This document shows, piece after piece, positions 37,795 through 51,500 of a stretch of DNA of 64,000 bases. The stretch spans positions 25,484,001 to 25,548,000 of the forward strand of contig NC_086097.1 in assembly GCF_963921235.1 (NCBI RefSeq), written 5' to 3'. Both the position numbers and the translations under genes were made by a program. Origin of the DNA: Mobula hypostoma. Taxonomy: Eukaryota. Under the pieces are notes generated by a model. The model searched no databases. It was not told where the DNA came from and worked only from the letters and a program-made list of their open reading frames with translations. The stretch's first letter is position 1; every line of letters begins with the position of its first letter.

Positions 37795-38895
37795 ACATCG
37801 AAACGTAGAAAACCTGCAGCACAATACAGGCCCTCCGGCCCACAAAGTTGTGCCGAACATGTCCCTACCTTAGAAATTACTAGGCTTACCTACAGCCCTC
37901 TATTTTTCTATGCTCCATGTACCTGTCCAAAAGTATGTTAAAAGACCCTATCGTATCTGCCTCTACCACCGTTGCTGGCAGCCCATTCCACGCACTCACC
38001 ACTCTCTGAGTATAAAAAACTTACCCCTGACATCTCCTCTGTACCTGCTCCCCAGCACCTTAAACCTGTGTCCTCTTTTGGCAACCATTTCAGTCCTGGG
38101 GAAAAAGCCTCTGACTATCCACACAATCAATGCATCTCATCATCTTATAAACCTCTATCAGGTCATCTCTCATCCTTCGTCGCTCCAAAGAGAAAAGGCC
38201 GAGTTCACTCAACCTGTTCTCATAAGACATGCTCCCCAATCCAGGCAACATCCTTGTAAATCTCCTCTGCACCCTTTCTATGACTTCCACATCCTTCCTG
38301 TAGTGAGGCGACCAGAACTGAGCACAGTACTCCAAGTGGGGTCTGACCAGGGTCCTATATAGCTGCAACATTACCTCTCGGCTCCTAAATTCAATTCCAC
38401 GATTGATGAAGGCCAATACACTGTACGCCTTCTTAACCAAAGAGTCAACCTGCGCAGCTGCTTTGAGCATCCTATGTACTCGGACCCCAAGATCCCTCTG
38501 ATCCTCCACACTGCCAAGAGTCTTACCATTAACACTATATTCTGCCATCATATTTGACCTACCAAAATGAACCACTTCACATTTATCTGCGTTGAACTCC
38601 ATCTGCCACTTACTTCTCAGCCCAGTTTTGCATCCTATCAATGTCCCACTGTAATCTCTGACAGCCCTCCACACTATCCACAACACCTCCAACCTTTGTG
38701 TCCTCAGCAAACTTACTAACCCATCCCTGCACTTCCTCATCTAAGTCATTTATAAAAATCACGAAGAGTGAGGGTCCCAGAACAGATCCCAGAGGCACAC
38801 CACTGGTGACCGACCTCCATGCAGAAAATGACCCATCTACAACCACTCTTTGCCTTCTGTGGGCAAGCCAGTTCTGGATCCACAAAGCAATGTCT
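37795..38895 (-). mobile_element. CR1 3' 1.1 kb, same family as 4506-8065
   Basis: [30 protein letters not shown]. Confidence 0.92.
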
Positions 38896-39714
38896 GTGTT
38901 GTAATGTTCTATGTGATCCTTTAAAACACTTCAAATAACCCATCTCTTTAACCACTGCTTTGTGTCAGTTCTTTAGATTCATAATGCTCCTGTACAGTAC
39001 CTTGGGATGTCTTTTGCTTCAATAGAAGCAACTGAAAAATAAAAATTGTTGGCTTCAGTTAGTACAGCCTTTTAAAATCACAAGGTTAACGAAGGATTTT
39101 TCACTGCTAAGTTATGATCACAATCGAAGACGAGCAGAGAGGTAGCATTTCTACTTAGAAGCTGATTGATGGCCAATTTTACTTCATTTTGGAAGTCTCT
39201 CGGATGTACATCTCACCAGACAGAAATTTTAGTGTTTGGTTTGGTTTGGATTTTATTGGGAGATACTGACTGATAAAGGAGAGCACTCGTGAATACACCT
39301 GACAGATCCACGGCATTATTTTAAAAAGTCCGATCATCCACTGACCTTACTTTAAACTCAAAAAGAATGCCTTGATGGAAAAAAACCTTCTTCAAAATAA
39401 AAAATACTTGCAAGAAATGTTCTTATTCATTCAATCAATAGACAATATTTAATGAGATTTTAATGCAGTCGGGTTAGGAATACCAGTTATCATAGTTCGG
39501 CAGAATAGGAAAAGATATTAAGCTGCCTTCATAGTTCCCTGTTTGGGTAATATTTTTTTTCCTCTCCCTCTTGCAAAATAGCCTAGATAGTTGACCTTTA
39601 TGAGGGGAAATCATTTCCTTTTCCCTCGGTTATCTGAGCAAAGGTGTATAGTCATGCTTGTGATAATTTATCTCAGGAAAGGGCCATACAAATAAACCTT
39701 TCTAAAACAGAACA

Positions 39715-40640
39715 CAGACCATAGATCAGTATAGTACAAGAGCAGACCCTTTGGCTCAATATTTTCTGCCAAACTATTTTAAATAATCACAACAAATTAA
39801 CTAAACACTTCTGCCTGCACAAGGTCCATATTCCTCCATTTGCTGCATGTTTGTGTGCCTATCTATGAACCTCTTAAACACCTCTGTCATACTGATCTCC
39901 AATGCCACCACTGGGAGTGAATTCCAGATACCCTACTCTCCACTTAAAAACCTTAATCAACACATCTGCTTTGAACCTGTCCCCTTTCAGCTTAAATGCA
40001 TTGCAGTTGTCAGAAAACATTGCTGGCACTCTATAACTCTCATACTTTTATATACTTCTATCAAGTCTCCTCTCAGCCTCCACTGCTGCAGAGAAAACAA
40101 CCCTAGTATGTCTGACCTCGACTCATAACATATGCTCTCTAACCTAAGCAGCATCCAGGTAAATCTCTTCTCCATCCTCTTCAAAGTCTCCACAGCCTTC
40201 CAGAAGCTAATGCAATACTCCAGATGTGGTCTAACCAGAGCCATATAAAACCACAACATAAATTTCTGAATCTCTAAATCAATGCCTCGGATGATAAAGC
40301 CATGGCCACATGGCTTCTTTACTACCCTATACTATGCGGCATGGGGCAGTACAGTGGTGTAGTGGTTAGCAAACCACTATTACAGCACCAGCATGGGTTT
40401 CCCCCCACATTCCAAAGACACGGGAATTAGGGTTAGTGAGTTGTGGGCATGCTGCGTAGGCACAGGATTCATAGCGACACTTGCAGGCTGCCCACTGATT
40501 TGATTTGACACAAATTACACATTTCTCTGTATATTTCAATTTACACGTGACAAATAAAGCTAATCTTTAATCTTTAATCCATCAACCTGTGTAGCTCCTT
40601 TCAGGGAACTGTGGACTTGGGACAGCAAGATCCCTGATAA
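39715..40640 (-). mobile_element. Old CR1 3' fragment interrupted by a SINE
   Basis: [25 protein letters not shown]. Confidence 0.8.
40343..40577 (+). mobile_element. V-SINE-type element (internally deleted)
   Basis: GGTGTAGTGGTTAGC head, CCCACATTCCAAAGAC, tail GTGACAAATAAAGCTAATCTTTAATCTTT. Confidence 0.8.
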
Positions 40641-41112
40641 CTGCCTCGCAGCCCTTTCCCTCCCAGATATCCCAAAATGGTTTCGCTCTGTGTCAGCAAC
40701 ATTTACAGCTGTAGCTGCAATGTGGGACATTATTCTCGCTCTCTGCTCAAAGACCACTGAGCAGTCTATAAATACACCTAACAATACCACAGCCCTTTCT
40801 CATCTCTCTGCCAGTAGCCTTGATCCACCAGACAAGTCTCTCTTGGGAGCCAATCATTTGACTACTGCATACGTGCTAGTTTGGTATATCACAGCAATTC
40901 CGACAACATTGAAACATCTCCAAGTGCACTCAAATCTATCATATAAGTAAGAGCAGTTTACTATAAACATTCATACATATTTCGACAGAAGATTTTCAGT
41001 TCTTTGGAAAAGCTCAAGTGTTACAAAAATACTGCAGAGCTGCGCCAAGAAGTGGCAGATAGAGCTTAACCCAGAAAAGTGTCAATTTATTCATTTTAGA
41101 AGGTCAATCTTT

Positions 41113-41925
41113 TATAGTCATAGTCATAGTCATACTTTATTGATCCCGGGGGAAATTGGTTTTCGTTACAGTTGCAACATAAATAATTAAATAGTAATAA
41201 AACCATAAATAGTTAAATAGTAATATGTAAATTATGACAGGAAATAAGTCCAGGACCAGCCTATTGGCTCAGGGTGTCTGACCCTCCAAGGGAGGAGTTG
41301 TAAAGTTTGATGGCCACAGGCAGGAATGACTTCCTATGACGCTCTGTGTTGCATCTCAGTGGAATGAGTCTCTGGTTGAATGTACTCCTGTGCCCAACCA
41401 GTACATTATGTAGTGGATGGGAGACATTGTCCAAGATGGCATGCAACTTGGACAGCATCCTCTTTTCAGACACCACCGTCAGAGAGTCCAGTGCCATCCC
41501 CACAACATCACTGGCCTTACGAATGAGTTTGTTGATTCTGTTGGTGTCTGCTACCCTCAGCCTGCTGCTCCAGCACACAACAGCAAACATGATAGCACTG
41601 GCCACCACAGACTCGTAGAACATCCTCAGCATCGTCCGGCAGATGTTAAAGGACCTCAATCTCCTCAGGAAATAGAGACGGCTCTGACCCTTCTTGTAGA
41701 CAACCTCAGTATTCTTTGACCAGTCCAGTTTATTGTCAATTCGTATCCCCAAGTATTTGTAATCCTCCACCATGTCCACACTGACCCCCTGGATGGAAAC
41801 AGGGGTCACCGGTACCTTAGCTCTCCTCAGGTCTACCACCAGCTCCTTAGTCTTTTTCACATTAAGCTGCAGATAATTCTGCTCACACCATGTGACAAAG
41901 TTTCTTACTCAGCCTCATCTCCCTA
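41113..41925 (-). mobile_element. Young 5'-truncated Rex1/Babar copy
   Basis: 199-aa ORF nearly identical to the C-terminal part of 3194-4066; (ATGACT)n tail. Confidence 0.92.
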
Positions 41926-42562
41926 TGCGGTGTACAGAGTTAATGGCAGAATTCTTGGTAGTGTGGAGGAACAGAGGGATCTTAGGGTCCACGTCCGTAG
42001 ATTTCTCAAAATTCCTGTGCAAGTTGATAGGGTTGTTAAGAAGCTGTGTGGTGTGTTAGCCTTCATTAGTCGGGAGATTGAGTTCTAGAGCCGCATATAA
42101 AGTTACAGCTCTATAAAACTCTTGCAGTATTGTGTTCAGTTCTGATCACCTCATTCTAGGAAGGATGTGGAAGCTTTAAAGAGGGTGCAGAGGAGACTTA
42201 CAAGGAGGCCGAGTGGACTAGAGGCATGTCTGATGAAGATAGGTTAAGCAAGCTAAGACATTACTTATTGGAGCAAAGGAGGGCGAGAGGTGACTTGATG
42301 GATGTGCACAAGGTGATAAAAGGCATAGACAGCGTGGATAACCAGAGACTTTTTTCCAGGGCAAAAATGGCTAATACAAGGGGGTAACCAGAGTTACAAT
42401 CATTTTGTTTTCTTTTACACTCATGTACTAAACAATGACAGTAAACAGTCTTGAATAATTCAAAGTTGATTAGAAGAAAGTATACAGGGATGTAAGAGGT
42501 GTTTTTTTTTACAGAGAGTGTTGAGTGCATGGAACAACCTGCCAGGGATGGTGGTAGACACA

Positions 42563-43022
42563 CCTGCTGTGTACATACATCTACTGATGCTTCTGGACAC
42601 ATCTTCAGTGATGTTCCTGGAATCATCGGGCGTTTCGGGTCTTTCAACATCATACAACCTCCTCCAGTTGACCCAGCCGGGGCTGATCAGACCCCAGCTT
42701 GTGTCCGGATGGCTAGCTACTCATGACTCCATAGCTCCCCTCTTTTGAGCCACAGCCATCTTGAGGCCCTCTCTGCCGCATCAGTGGTACTGCGGATGGC
42801 TCTCCTCTTCCTCTCTCCCTCAATGCCCAAAATGCTGAAGGCTCTAACTAAAGAACGGGCTATGAATCCCCTACAACCAACCTCCGCTGGGAGACACCTT
42901 GCTCTCCTTCCAGCCTGCTGACATTGCTGACCAGTCCTGCATACTTGGAGAGCTTCCTTTCAAAGGCCTCTTCCAAGCTATCATCCCATGGGACTGTCAG
43001 CGCCAGCAGCACCACTTGCTTA
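42563..43022 (-). mobile_element. HERO-type non-LTR retrotransposon 3' end (restriction-like endonuclease)
   Basis: KQVVLLALTVPWDD.LEEAFERKLSKY / CLPAEVGCRGF..AERASRWLWLKR, followed by a 3'UTR. Confidence 0.8.
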
Positions 43023-43344
43023 CACACATATATTAGGAGCATTTAAAAAACTCTTAGATAGGTACATGGATGATGGATGAAAAAAATGTAAGGTTATGTC
43101 GGTGGGAAGGGTTAGACTGATCATAGAGTAGTGTTGAAAGTTAGCACAACACTGTGGACCAAAAGAAAGCATCTTGAGAGAGAAAATGGTAAAAGATGAG
43201 CAGTGTGTACAGAAGAGTTTTAAGGATAACACAAGAAGTTTTGTGAAATATACACTGAAGCCCATAAATGCAATGTGTTTAACTAATTACTGAGAAAAGA
43301 TCGGTGATGACCAGTTTTCACTGTTGAAAAAGTGATGTGAAAAA

Positions 43345-43745
43345 TAAGAAACTTAACTTCGTGACCATATGAGTTTCCTCCAAGTGCTCTGGTTTCTTCT
43401 CCCATATAGTTAGGGTTAGGGCTAGAGAGTTGTGGATATAATATACTGGCGCCAGATAAATGGCAACACCTGTGGGTTGCCAGGCTCATTCTTGATGATT
43501 TGGTGAAAACTGACACAGTTCATCGAATGTTTCAATGTAGATGTGACAAATAAATATGTCAACCATTAATCACTTAGATTTAGGTGCATCCAAAGTCGAT
43601 CAAAGGGGAATTAAGGGTTATGGGGAAAAGGCAGGTAGGTGGAGATGAGTCCATGGCCAGATCAGCCATTATCTTATTGAATGGTGGAGCAGGCTTGACG
43701 GGCTAGATGGCCTACGCCTGCTCCAATTTCTTATGTTCTTATGTA
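43345..43745 (+). mobile_element. V-SINE-type fragment (43345-43556) followed by a CR1 tail (43585-43745)
   Basis: GTGCTCTGGTTTCTTCTCCCA..GTGACAAATAAA; then GATCAGCCAT..GGCCTAC..TTCTTATGTTCTTATG. Confidence 0.7.
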
Positions 43746-44114
43746 ACCATTGCCAAACATGTCATTAAACCAGGGATGTTTAACTCAAGTGTTTGGATAT
43801 TGTCAGTAAATAACTTCCCACTAGGCAGAACATAACTGCAGCCTCACAGGAGCCAGGAAATCCATCTCACTTACTTTCAAAATTCAGTTGTATCTATGGG
43901 TTATACCTAAATTGGATGTTTGTAACCTGGGTAGGATCTGTACAATCTTCATCCACCAGCTCTTCAAAATGGTAGATCTCCTTCCATACCTCCTTTGGTT
44001 AACTCACTGGATTTTGAAATATGACTTTTGATGCACCTAAACCTAAGTAATGATTTACTTTATTCTTTAGGTTTGTAATCTTAATCGAGTCCTACACCAG
44101 TTTAATAACCTACA

Positions 44115-44430
44115 CCAGATCCGATGCAAGCTTTCAAAGCGAAACATCCACAACTCCTTTCTTCTACAGATGCTGCTTGACCTGCTGAGTTCCTCTGAAC
44201 TGATTCCACAACATACAGACTCATTTTCAAGGACTTTACAACTCAAGTCCTCAGTATTATTTATATATTTATTTTGTACATTGGTTGGTTGTCAGACTTT
44301 ATGTATAATATTCATTAATTTAATTGAATTTATTTTGCTGTAAATACCTGCAAGATTATGAAAATCCGGGTGGTATATGGTGACATATACTGTACATACT
44401 TTGATAATGAAATTACTTTGACTTTCAACT
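44115..44430 (+). mobile_element. PLE terminal relic (44115-44195) plus Rex 3' tail
   Basis: GAAACATC..AGATGCTGCTTGACCTGCTGAGTTCCTC; then TACTTTGATAATGAAATTACTTTGAC. Confidence 0.65.
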
Positions 44431-44754
44431 TGTTCTTCTTACGTGGTCTTAAGTAATTGCTTATGAAGCATTGCTGCATTTAGGAAACACAATTTGTTAG
44501 AGATATGATACGAGATCGTACACAATGCAAACATAATCAGCAATTCTTGGGCAAAAGTAGTGTAGAAGTTAAGCCAAGGCAAGAGTTAATATAATATCCA
44601 GGCAAGGATAGACTGCAGGTAGAGTGCACACAGTCCGAGCAAGAAAGTCTTTGAAGAGCATAGCTTCCCTTTGCACACCAGGAGTCTGGAGACGAGATAA
44701 GCAAAGAAAGGCACACACAACAACTAAGGGACAATGGCTTTACTAACTTCAAAG

Positions 44755-45625
44755 CTTCCAGTTTAAAATGGCACTGGTGAAGCCCAGTGTCTGCTTATCG
44801 GCGGCAAACAAAACAAAGAAAACTACTAAATACTTTATTAATATCGATCACCGCTAACAATGGAGAGGTGAGTCAAGGCGAGCGGAGGTGGAGGCAGAGT
44901 AGAAGCTAGCAGAGGCAGAGGCGTGGTCGAAGTAGAGTTGAAGTGTACCAGAGAGCAATGAAAGACCAATGTTTGATCAAATTAACTGCCAGGTCACACT
45001 GGAAAGGTTGGTACAGGTCGAATAGTGGCGGCAGGGTCCAGGCCCCAGAGCAGTCTGAGGGCATGGTTTGGACGGTTTAAGCGCCAGGCCAGATTGAAAA
45101 AGTCAGGGTGCCAGAATTGGAAGTGACGGAGGGGACGATTCTATTCAGTTCTGCTCATTGCTCCACAACGTTTACTCATTCTGTGCTGAACTGAGACCGT
45201 GGCCTGCTCCACCTGCAGTGATGTCTAGCGTTGTATCTGTGGTTTCGCGACGTTTACTCTGTTCCGAACTGAACTGAGACCGTGGCCTGCTCCACCTGCA
45301 GTGATGTCTAGCTTTGAGTCTTTCATAAAACTTCAGTTCTGAATACTAGCAGCACACATAAAATGCCAGAGGAACTCAAACATTTTGTGTGTGTTGCTTG
45401 GATTTCCAGCATCTGCAGATTTTCTCTTCTGAGTTCTGAATACTATTAGCTTACTTCTATTGTTTGTACAATTTGTTTCTTTTTTCTCTGCATATTGGGT
45501 ATTTGACAGTTTTTTAATGAGTTCTTTAGGTTTTTTTTGTTTTGGGGCTGCCTGAAATGAGACGAATCCCTAGTTTGTATAATGTATAAGTACTTTGATA
45601 TTAAATGTACATTGAACTTTGAAAG
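44755..45625 (+). mobile_element. Second copy of the non-autonomous Rex-tailed family
   Basis: 5' ~90 bp matches the reverse complement of 13690-13783; Rex-like tail ending ATTGAACTTTGAA; internal duplication 45168-45312. Confidence 0.75.
45349..45431. mobile_element. 83-bp inverted PLE-derived mini-insertion
   Basis: Exact 14-bp TSD AGTTCTGAATACTA at 45335-45348 and 45432-45445. Confidence 0.85.
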
Positions 45626-48577
45626 AATCATCCATTATTGGCTTGCAGTTTCTAGTGACTTTTAACATTTGAATTATGAACTTCTGGTCAATATCCATAA
45701 CTGATAAGCCAATTCTGCATAAAAATAGCAATTTTCTGTTCAGAGTTTAGAACAGTGAGGTGACAGGGGCCATGCTGTTCTCCATGTGCACTAGTACAGA
45801 AAAGTATGTTTGAGTCATAAATGTGTGTGTGTGTTCAGTTACTTTATTTTATTATTGGCCATAACAATTACTTGGAGTCAAGGTATGCCAACATCTCAGT
45901 GCTGCCATAGGGAAGCTGCAGCGTTAAAAAAAGTATGCCTGGGTCTAGGTCAAGTCCTGCGCAAAGTTGCCCTGGTCCGCGTCAAGTCCCAGAAGAAGCA
46001 CAGGAAGAACTTCCCCTGGTCTGAGTCAAGTCCCACAGGGAGCCCAGGAAAACCTGTAATTGGGTGGTAAAAAGGAATTCTGAAATGCATGTGTCTGTGT
46101 GTGTGCGTACTTCCTCGTAATGTTTCTCTCACACTGTAGATTGGCATATAAAAAAGTGTCGGACATAAGACAATGATGTTAATTAATACGTAGAATCTAT
46201 GTGTAAATGTTTTTAAAAGTATTTGGATTCACACTAGAAGCAGGGGTACCCGCTTAATAAATGGTATTGTAAGTAAGTTGCAACGTAGGTTAAAAGAAAC
46301 ATATACTGTTGATTGTGGGAGATAGAAAGAGTTAAGTAAAATTGTGAGAGTCTTACAATATTCCCAAAAGCAATTACAACATCAAAGGATTCAAGCAGTC
46401 ACGGGGAATGGGGCCAAGACTTGTGTGAGATCCTCTGGCTGCTCCACTATAGCCTCTAGGCAATAATGTACATTGCTTTAGAAGTATTGTGATAGCTGCC
46501 CCATACAACTTTAATGTTATTTTAACTTATTGCTTTGTTTTATATTTAACCAAATTCACAAGTGACCAAGTCCTGGCTAATAATTACCAGATTAATTTCT
46601 GCTTATAATTTCACTATTAAGTTTTAACTTTACCTGTTTTATTCTATATGGCTGAGTGGGACAGGTGACACAGTAGGGGGCAAACATGGGAAAATCTGTG
46701 AGGGGTGTGTTTCTGTTTGCGGACATCTGGTCACTGGGCTCAAAGATGTCTTTGGGCCAAGTCAACTTTGATAACAGTTTCCACTTATACCGTCATCAGC
46801 ACCACAGACTATGCAGTAACGTGGCAGTTAGCGCAATGCCATTGCAGCTCAGAGCATTCTGGAGTTTGGAGCACAGTGCCAGCGAGGGTGTAGGTGACTT
46901 TGTTGACAAAAAATGAAATCAAATCCTTAAAAAGAGGTGACATAGGATCGGGTGTAGAAACCTTGGGGTAGTTAAGAAACTGCAAGGGTAATAAGACCCT
47001 GATGGGAATTATATACAAGCCTCTGAACAGTAACCTGAATGTAGGGTATAAATGACAAGGGAAGATGGAAAAGACTTGTAATATGGGCAGAAGATTATAA
47101 GGCTAGCAGGAAGAAGCTTAAGATTGACATTAGGAGAGCCAGAAGGGGCCATGAGAAGGCCTTGGCGAGCAGGATTAAGGAAACTCCAAGGCATTCTACA
47201 ACAATGTGAAAAGCAAGATGATAAGACGTGAGAGAATTGGACCAATCAAGTGTGACAGTGGAAAAGTGTGTATGGAATTGGAGGAGATAGCTGAGGTACT
47301 TAACGAATACTTTGCTTCAGTATTCATTACGGAAAAGGATCGTGGCGATTGTAAGGATGACTTGCAGCAGACTGAAAAGCTTGAGCATATAGATATTAAG
47401 AAAGAGGATGTGCTGGAGCTTTTGGAAAGCATCAAGTTGGATAAGTCACTGGGACCAGATGAGAAGTAGCCCAGGCGAGGGAAGAGATTGCTGAGCTTCT
47501 AGTGATGATCTTTGCATCATCAATGGGGACGGGAGAGGTTCCGGAGGTTTGGAGGGTTGTGGATGTTGTTCCCTTATTCAAGAAAAGGAGTAGAGATAGC
47601 CCAGGAAATTATTGACCAGTGGGTCTTACTTTAGTGGTTGGGAAGCTGATGGAAAAGATCCTGAGAGGCAGTATTTATGAACATTTGGATAGGCATAATA
47701 TGATTAGGAATAGTCAGCATGGCTTTCTCAAAGACAGGTTGTAGTGTATATGGATTTTAGCAAGGCATTTGATAAGGTACCCCATGCAAAACTTATTGAG
47801 AAAGTAAGGAGGTATGGAATCCAAGGGGATATTGCTTTGTGGATCCAGAACTGGCTTGCCCACATAAGTCAAAGAGTGATTGTAGACGGGTCATATTCTG
47901 CATGGAGGTCGGTCACCAGTGGAGTGCCTCAGGGATCTGTTCTGGGACCCCTTCTCTTCATGATTTTTATAAGTGACCTGGATGAGGAAGTGGAGGGATG
48001 GGTTAGTAAATTTGCTGATGACACAAAGGTTGGGGGTGCTGTGGATAATGTGGAGGGCTGTCAGAGGTTACAGTAGGACATCAATAAGATGCAAAACTGG
48101 GCTGAGAATTGGCAGATGGAGTTCAACCCAGGTAAGTGTGAGGTGGTTCATTTGGGTAGGTCAAATACAATGGCAGAATATAGTATTAATGGTAAGATCT
48201 AGGCAGTGTGGAGGATCAGAGGGATCTTAGGGTCCGAGTCCATAGGACACTCAAAGCTACTGCACAAGTTGACACTGTGATTAAGAAGGCATACGGTGCA
48301 TTGACCTTCATCAATTGTGGGACTGAGTTTAGGAGCTGAGAGGTAATGTTGCAGCTATATAGGACCCTGGTCAGACTCCACTTGGAATACTGTGCTCAGT
48401 CTGGTTACCTCACTACAGGAAGGATGTGGAAACTATAGAAAGGGGGCAGAGGAGATTTACAAGGGTGTTGCCTGATTGGGGAGCTTGCCTTATGAAAATA
48501 GGTTGAGTGAACTTGGCCTTTTCTCCTTGGAGCGACGGATGATGAGAGGTGACCTGATAGAGGTGTATAAGATGAAA

Positions 48578-51500
48578 ATAAGAACATGAGAACATGAATC
48601 TGCCCCGCCATTCGATAAGATCATGGCTGACCTGTCCGTAAACTCAGCTCCATCTACCTGCCTTTTCTACATAACCCTTAATTCCCTTACTACATAAAAA
48701 CCTATTTAACTGTCTCTTAAATATGTTTAGTGAGGAAGCCTCAACCGCCTTCCTGGGCAGAGAATTCCACAGATTCACCACTCTCTAGGAAAAACAGTTT
48801 CTCCTCATCTCTGTCCTAAATCTTCTCTCTAACATCTTGAAGCAATGTCCCCTAGTTCTAGTCTCACCTGCCAATAGAAACAACTTTCCTACTTCTATCT
48901 TACCTCTCCCTTTCAAAATTTTGTATGTTTCTATAAGATCCCCTCTCAATCTTCTGAACTCCAGACAGTATAGTCCCAGGCGACTCAATCTCGCCTCATA
49001 AGTTAACCCCTTCGTCCCTGGAATCAACATGGTGAACCTCCTCTGCACTGCCTCCAAAGCCAGTATATACCTCCTCAAGTATGGAGACCAGAACTGCACA
49101 CAGTACTCCAGGTGCAGCCTCACCAGTACCCTGTATAGTTGCAGCACGACCTCCCTGCTCTTGAATTCAATCCCTCTAGCAATGAAGGCCAACATTCCGT
49201 TTGCCTTCTTAATAACCTGTTGTACCTGCAAGCCAACTTTTTGCAATTCATGAACAAACACTCCGAAGTCCCTCTGCACAACAGCATGCTGCAATCTTTC
49301 ACCACTTAAGTAATACTCTGCTCTTCTATTATTCCTTCCAAAGTGGATGATCTCGCATTTACCAACGTTGTATTCCATCTGCCCACTCACTTAACCTATC
49401 TTTATACCTCTGCAGACTCTCTACATCCTCTGTACAATTTGCTTTTCCATTCAGTTTAGTGTCATCAGCAAATTTTGCTATGCTACACTCAGTCCCCTCT
49501 TCCAAATCATCAATGTAAATGGTAAACAGCTGCGGGCCCAGCACCGACCTCTGCGGCACTCCACTGACCACCAACTGCCACCGGAGAAACACCCATTTAT
49601 ACCAACTCTCTGCCTTCTATTGGTTAACCAATCCACTATCCATGCCAATACACTTCCTCTGACTCCATGCATCCGTATCTTATTTATAAGTCTTTTGTGC
49701 GGCAACTTATCGAACACCTTCTGGAAATCCAAGTATACAACATCCACCCTCTATCCACTGCACTCATTATGTCCTCAAAGAACTCCAGTAAGTTTGTCAA
49801 ACAGGACCTGCCCTTTCTGAATCCATGCTGCATCTGTCTAATGGAACCACTCCTTTCTAAATGTTTCGCTATTTCTTCCTTAATGACAGCTTCAAGCATT
49901 TTCCCGACTACAGATGTTAAGCTAGCTGGCCTACAGTTGCCCGTCTTTTACCTACTTCCTTTTTTAAAAAGTGGCGTAATATTTGCTGTCTTCCAATCCG
50001 CCAGGACCTGCCCAAAGTCTAGAGAGTTCTGATAAATGATTACCAAAGCGTCTACTCTATCCTCCGCCAATTCTTTCAGCACCCTGGGATGCATCCCATC
50101 AGGACCAGGGGACTTACTTTCAGGCCCTCCAAGTTTGCTCATCACTATCTCTTTAGTGACAGTGATTTTATCGAGGTCCTCACCTCCCATTCCGTCCATA
50201 ACATCCTTCTTTGGTATATTAAGCGTGTCCTCCACGGTGAGGACCGACACAAAATAGTCGTTCAATGCCTCAGCCATTTCCTTATCACCCAATATCAATT
50301 TCCCTTTCCCATCTTCCAAGGGACCTACGTTGACTTTAGCCACCCTCTTCCACTTTATATATTGATTAAAACTTTTGCTATCTATTTTTATATTTTGTGC
50401 TAATTTACTTTCATACTCTATCTTCCCTTTCCTTATTTCTTGTTTAGTTGTTCTCTGTTGCTTTTTAAAGTTTTCCCAATCCTCCAGTCTCCCACTACTC
50501 TTTGTGACTTTGTACACATGAGCTTTTAATTTGATACTATCTTTTATTTCCTTAGTTATCCAAGGCTGGCCCTCCCCACACTTACTGTCCTTACTTTTGA
50601 CTGGAATATACTTCTGTTGAGCACTGTGAAAAATCTCTTTGAACGTATTCCACTGTTCCTCAACTGTCCTACCAAATAGCCTGTGCTCCCAATCCACATT
50701 AGCCAACTCCTCCCTCATCCCTTTGTAGTCTCCCTTGTTCAAGCATAATACACTAGTTTTAGATCTAACCATTTCATCCTCCATCTGAATGCGAAATTCA
50801 ATCATACTATGGTCACTTTTTCCAAGAGGATTCCTGACTGCAAGATCATTAATCTTACCTGTCTCATTGCACAGGACTAGATCTAAGACAGTATTTTCCC
50901 TTACAGGTTCACTAACATGCTGCTCAAGAAAGCCATCACGGATGCATTCTATGAAGTCCTCCTCAAGACTTCCTTGACCAACCTGGTTCACCCAATCTAT
51001 GTGGAAGTTAAAATCCCCCATGACAACTGCCGCTCCGTTCTGATAAGCCTCAGTTATTTCTTGGTTAATCACCTCTGCCACTGCAATATATTTATTAGGT
51101 GCCCTATAGACAACACCCACCAGTGATTTTTTCCCTTTACTATTCTTAATCTCTACCCAGATAGACTCAACATTCTGCTCTGTAGGTCTTATATCGTCTC
51201 TCACAATCGCCCCAATCTCATCCCTAATCAAGAGCGCCACCCCACCTCCTCTGCCTTCCTGCCTATCTTTCCGTATTACCTGATACCCTTGGATATTTAA
51301 TTCCCAGTCATCTCCACCTTGCAACCAGGTTTCTGTAATGGCCACTAAATCATATGCCTTGGTACTGATCTGTGCTACAAGTTCACTAACCTTGTTTCTA
51401 ATACTACGGGCATTTAGATAAAGTGCCCTTATGCTCGTTGTCCTTTTAGAATCTAGTGACCTATGTGATTTTTGCTTTTTACTTTTATGCACTCTACTCT

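Larger units (their letters stand above)
41030..43165 (+). mobile_element. Old CR1 3' fragment hosting Rex and HERO insertions
   Basis: AKKWQIELNPEKC at ~41045; resumes at ~41930 (NGRILGSVEEQRDLRVHV) and at ~43030. Confidence 0.75.

Noticed and set aside
38985..39055. Minus-strand micro-exon (TTTTTATTTTTCAG...AAG/GTACTG)
   Set aside because: The plus strand looks like a decayed L2/SINE-type 3' tail, and the peptide is uninformative.
40650..40950. Plus-strand ORF after an acceptor-like site
   Set aside because: No recognisable domain or convincing donor; the length is within chance expectation.
44537..44752. Small Cys-rich secreted peptide ORF, or an exon after a pyrimidine-rich acceptor
   Set aside because: Non-ATG start, no recognisable family, and no supporting donor site.
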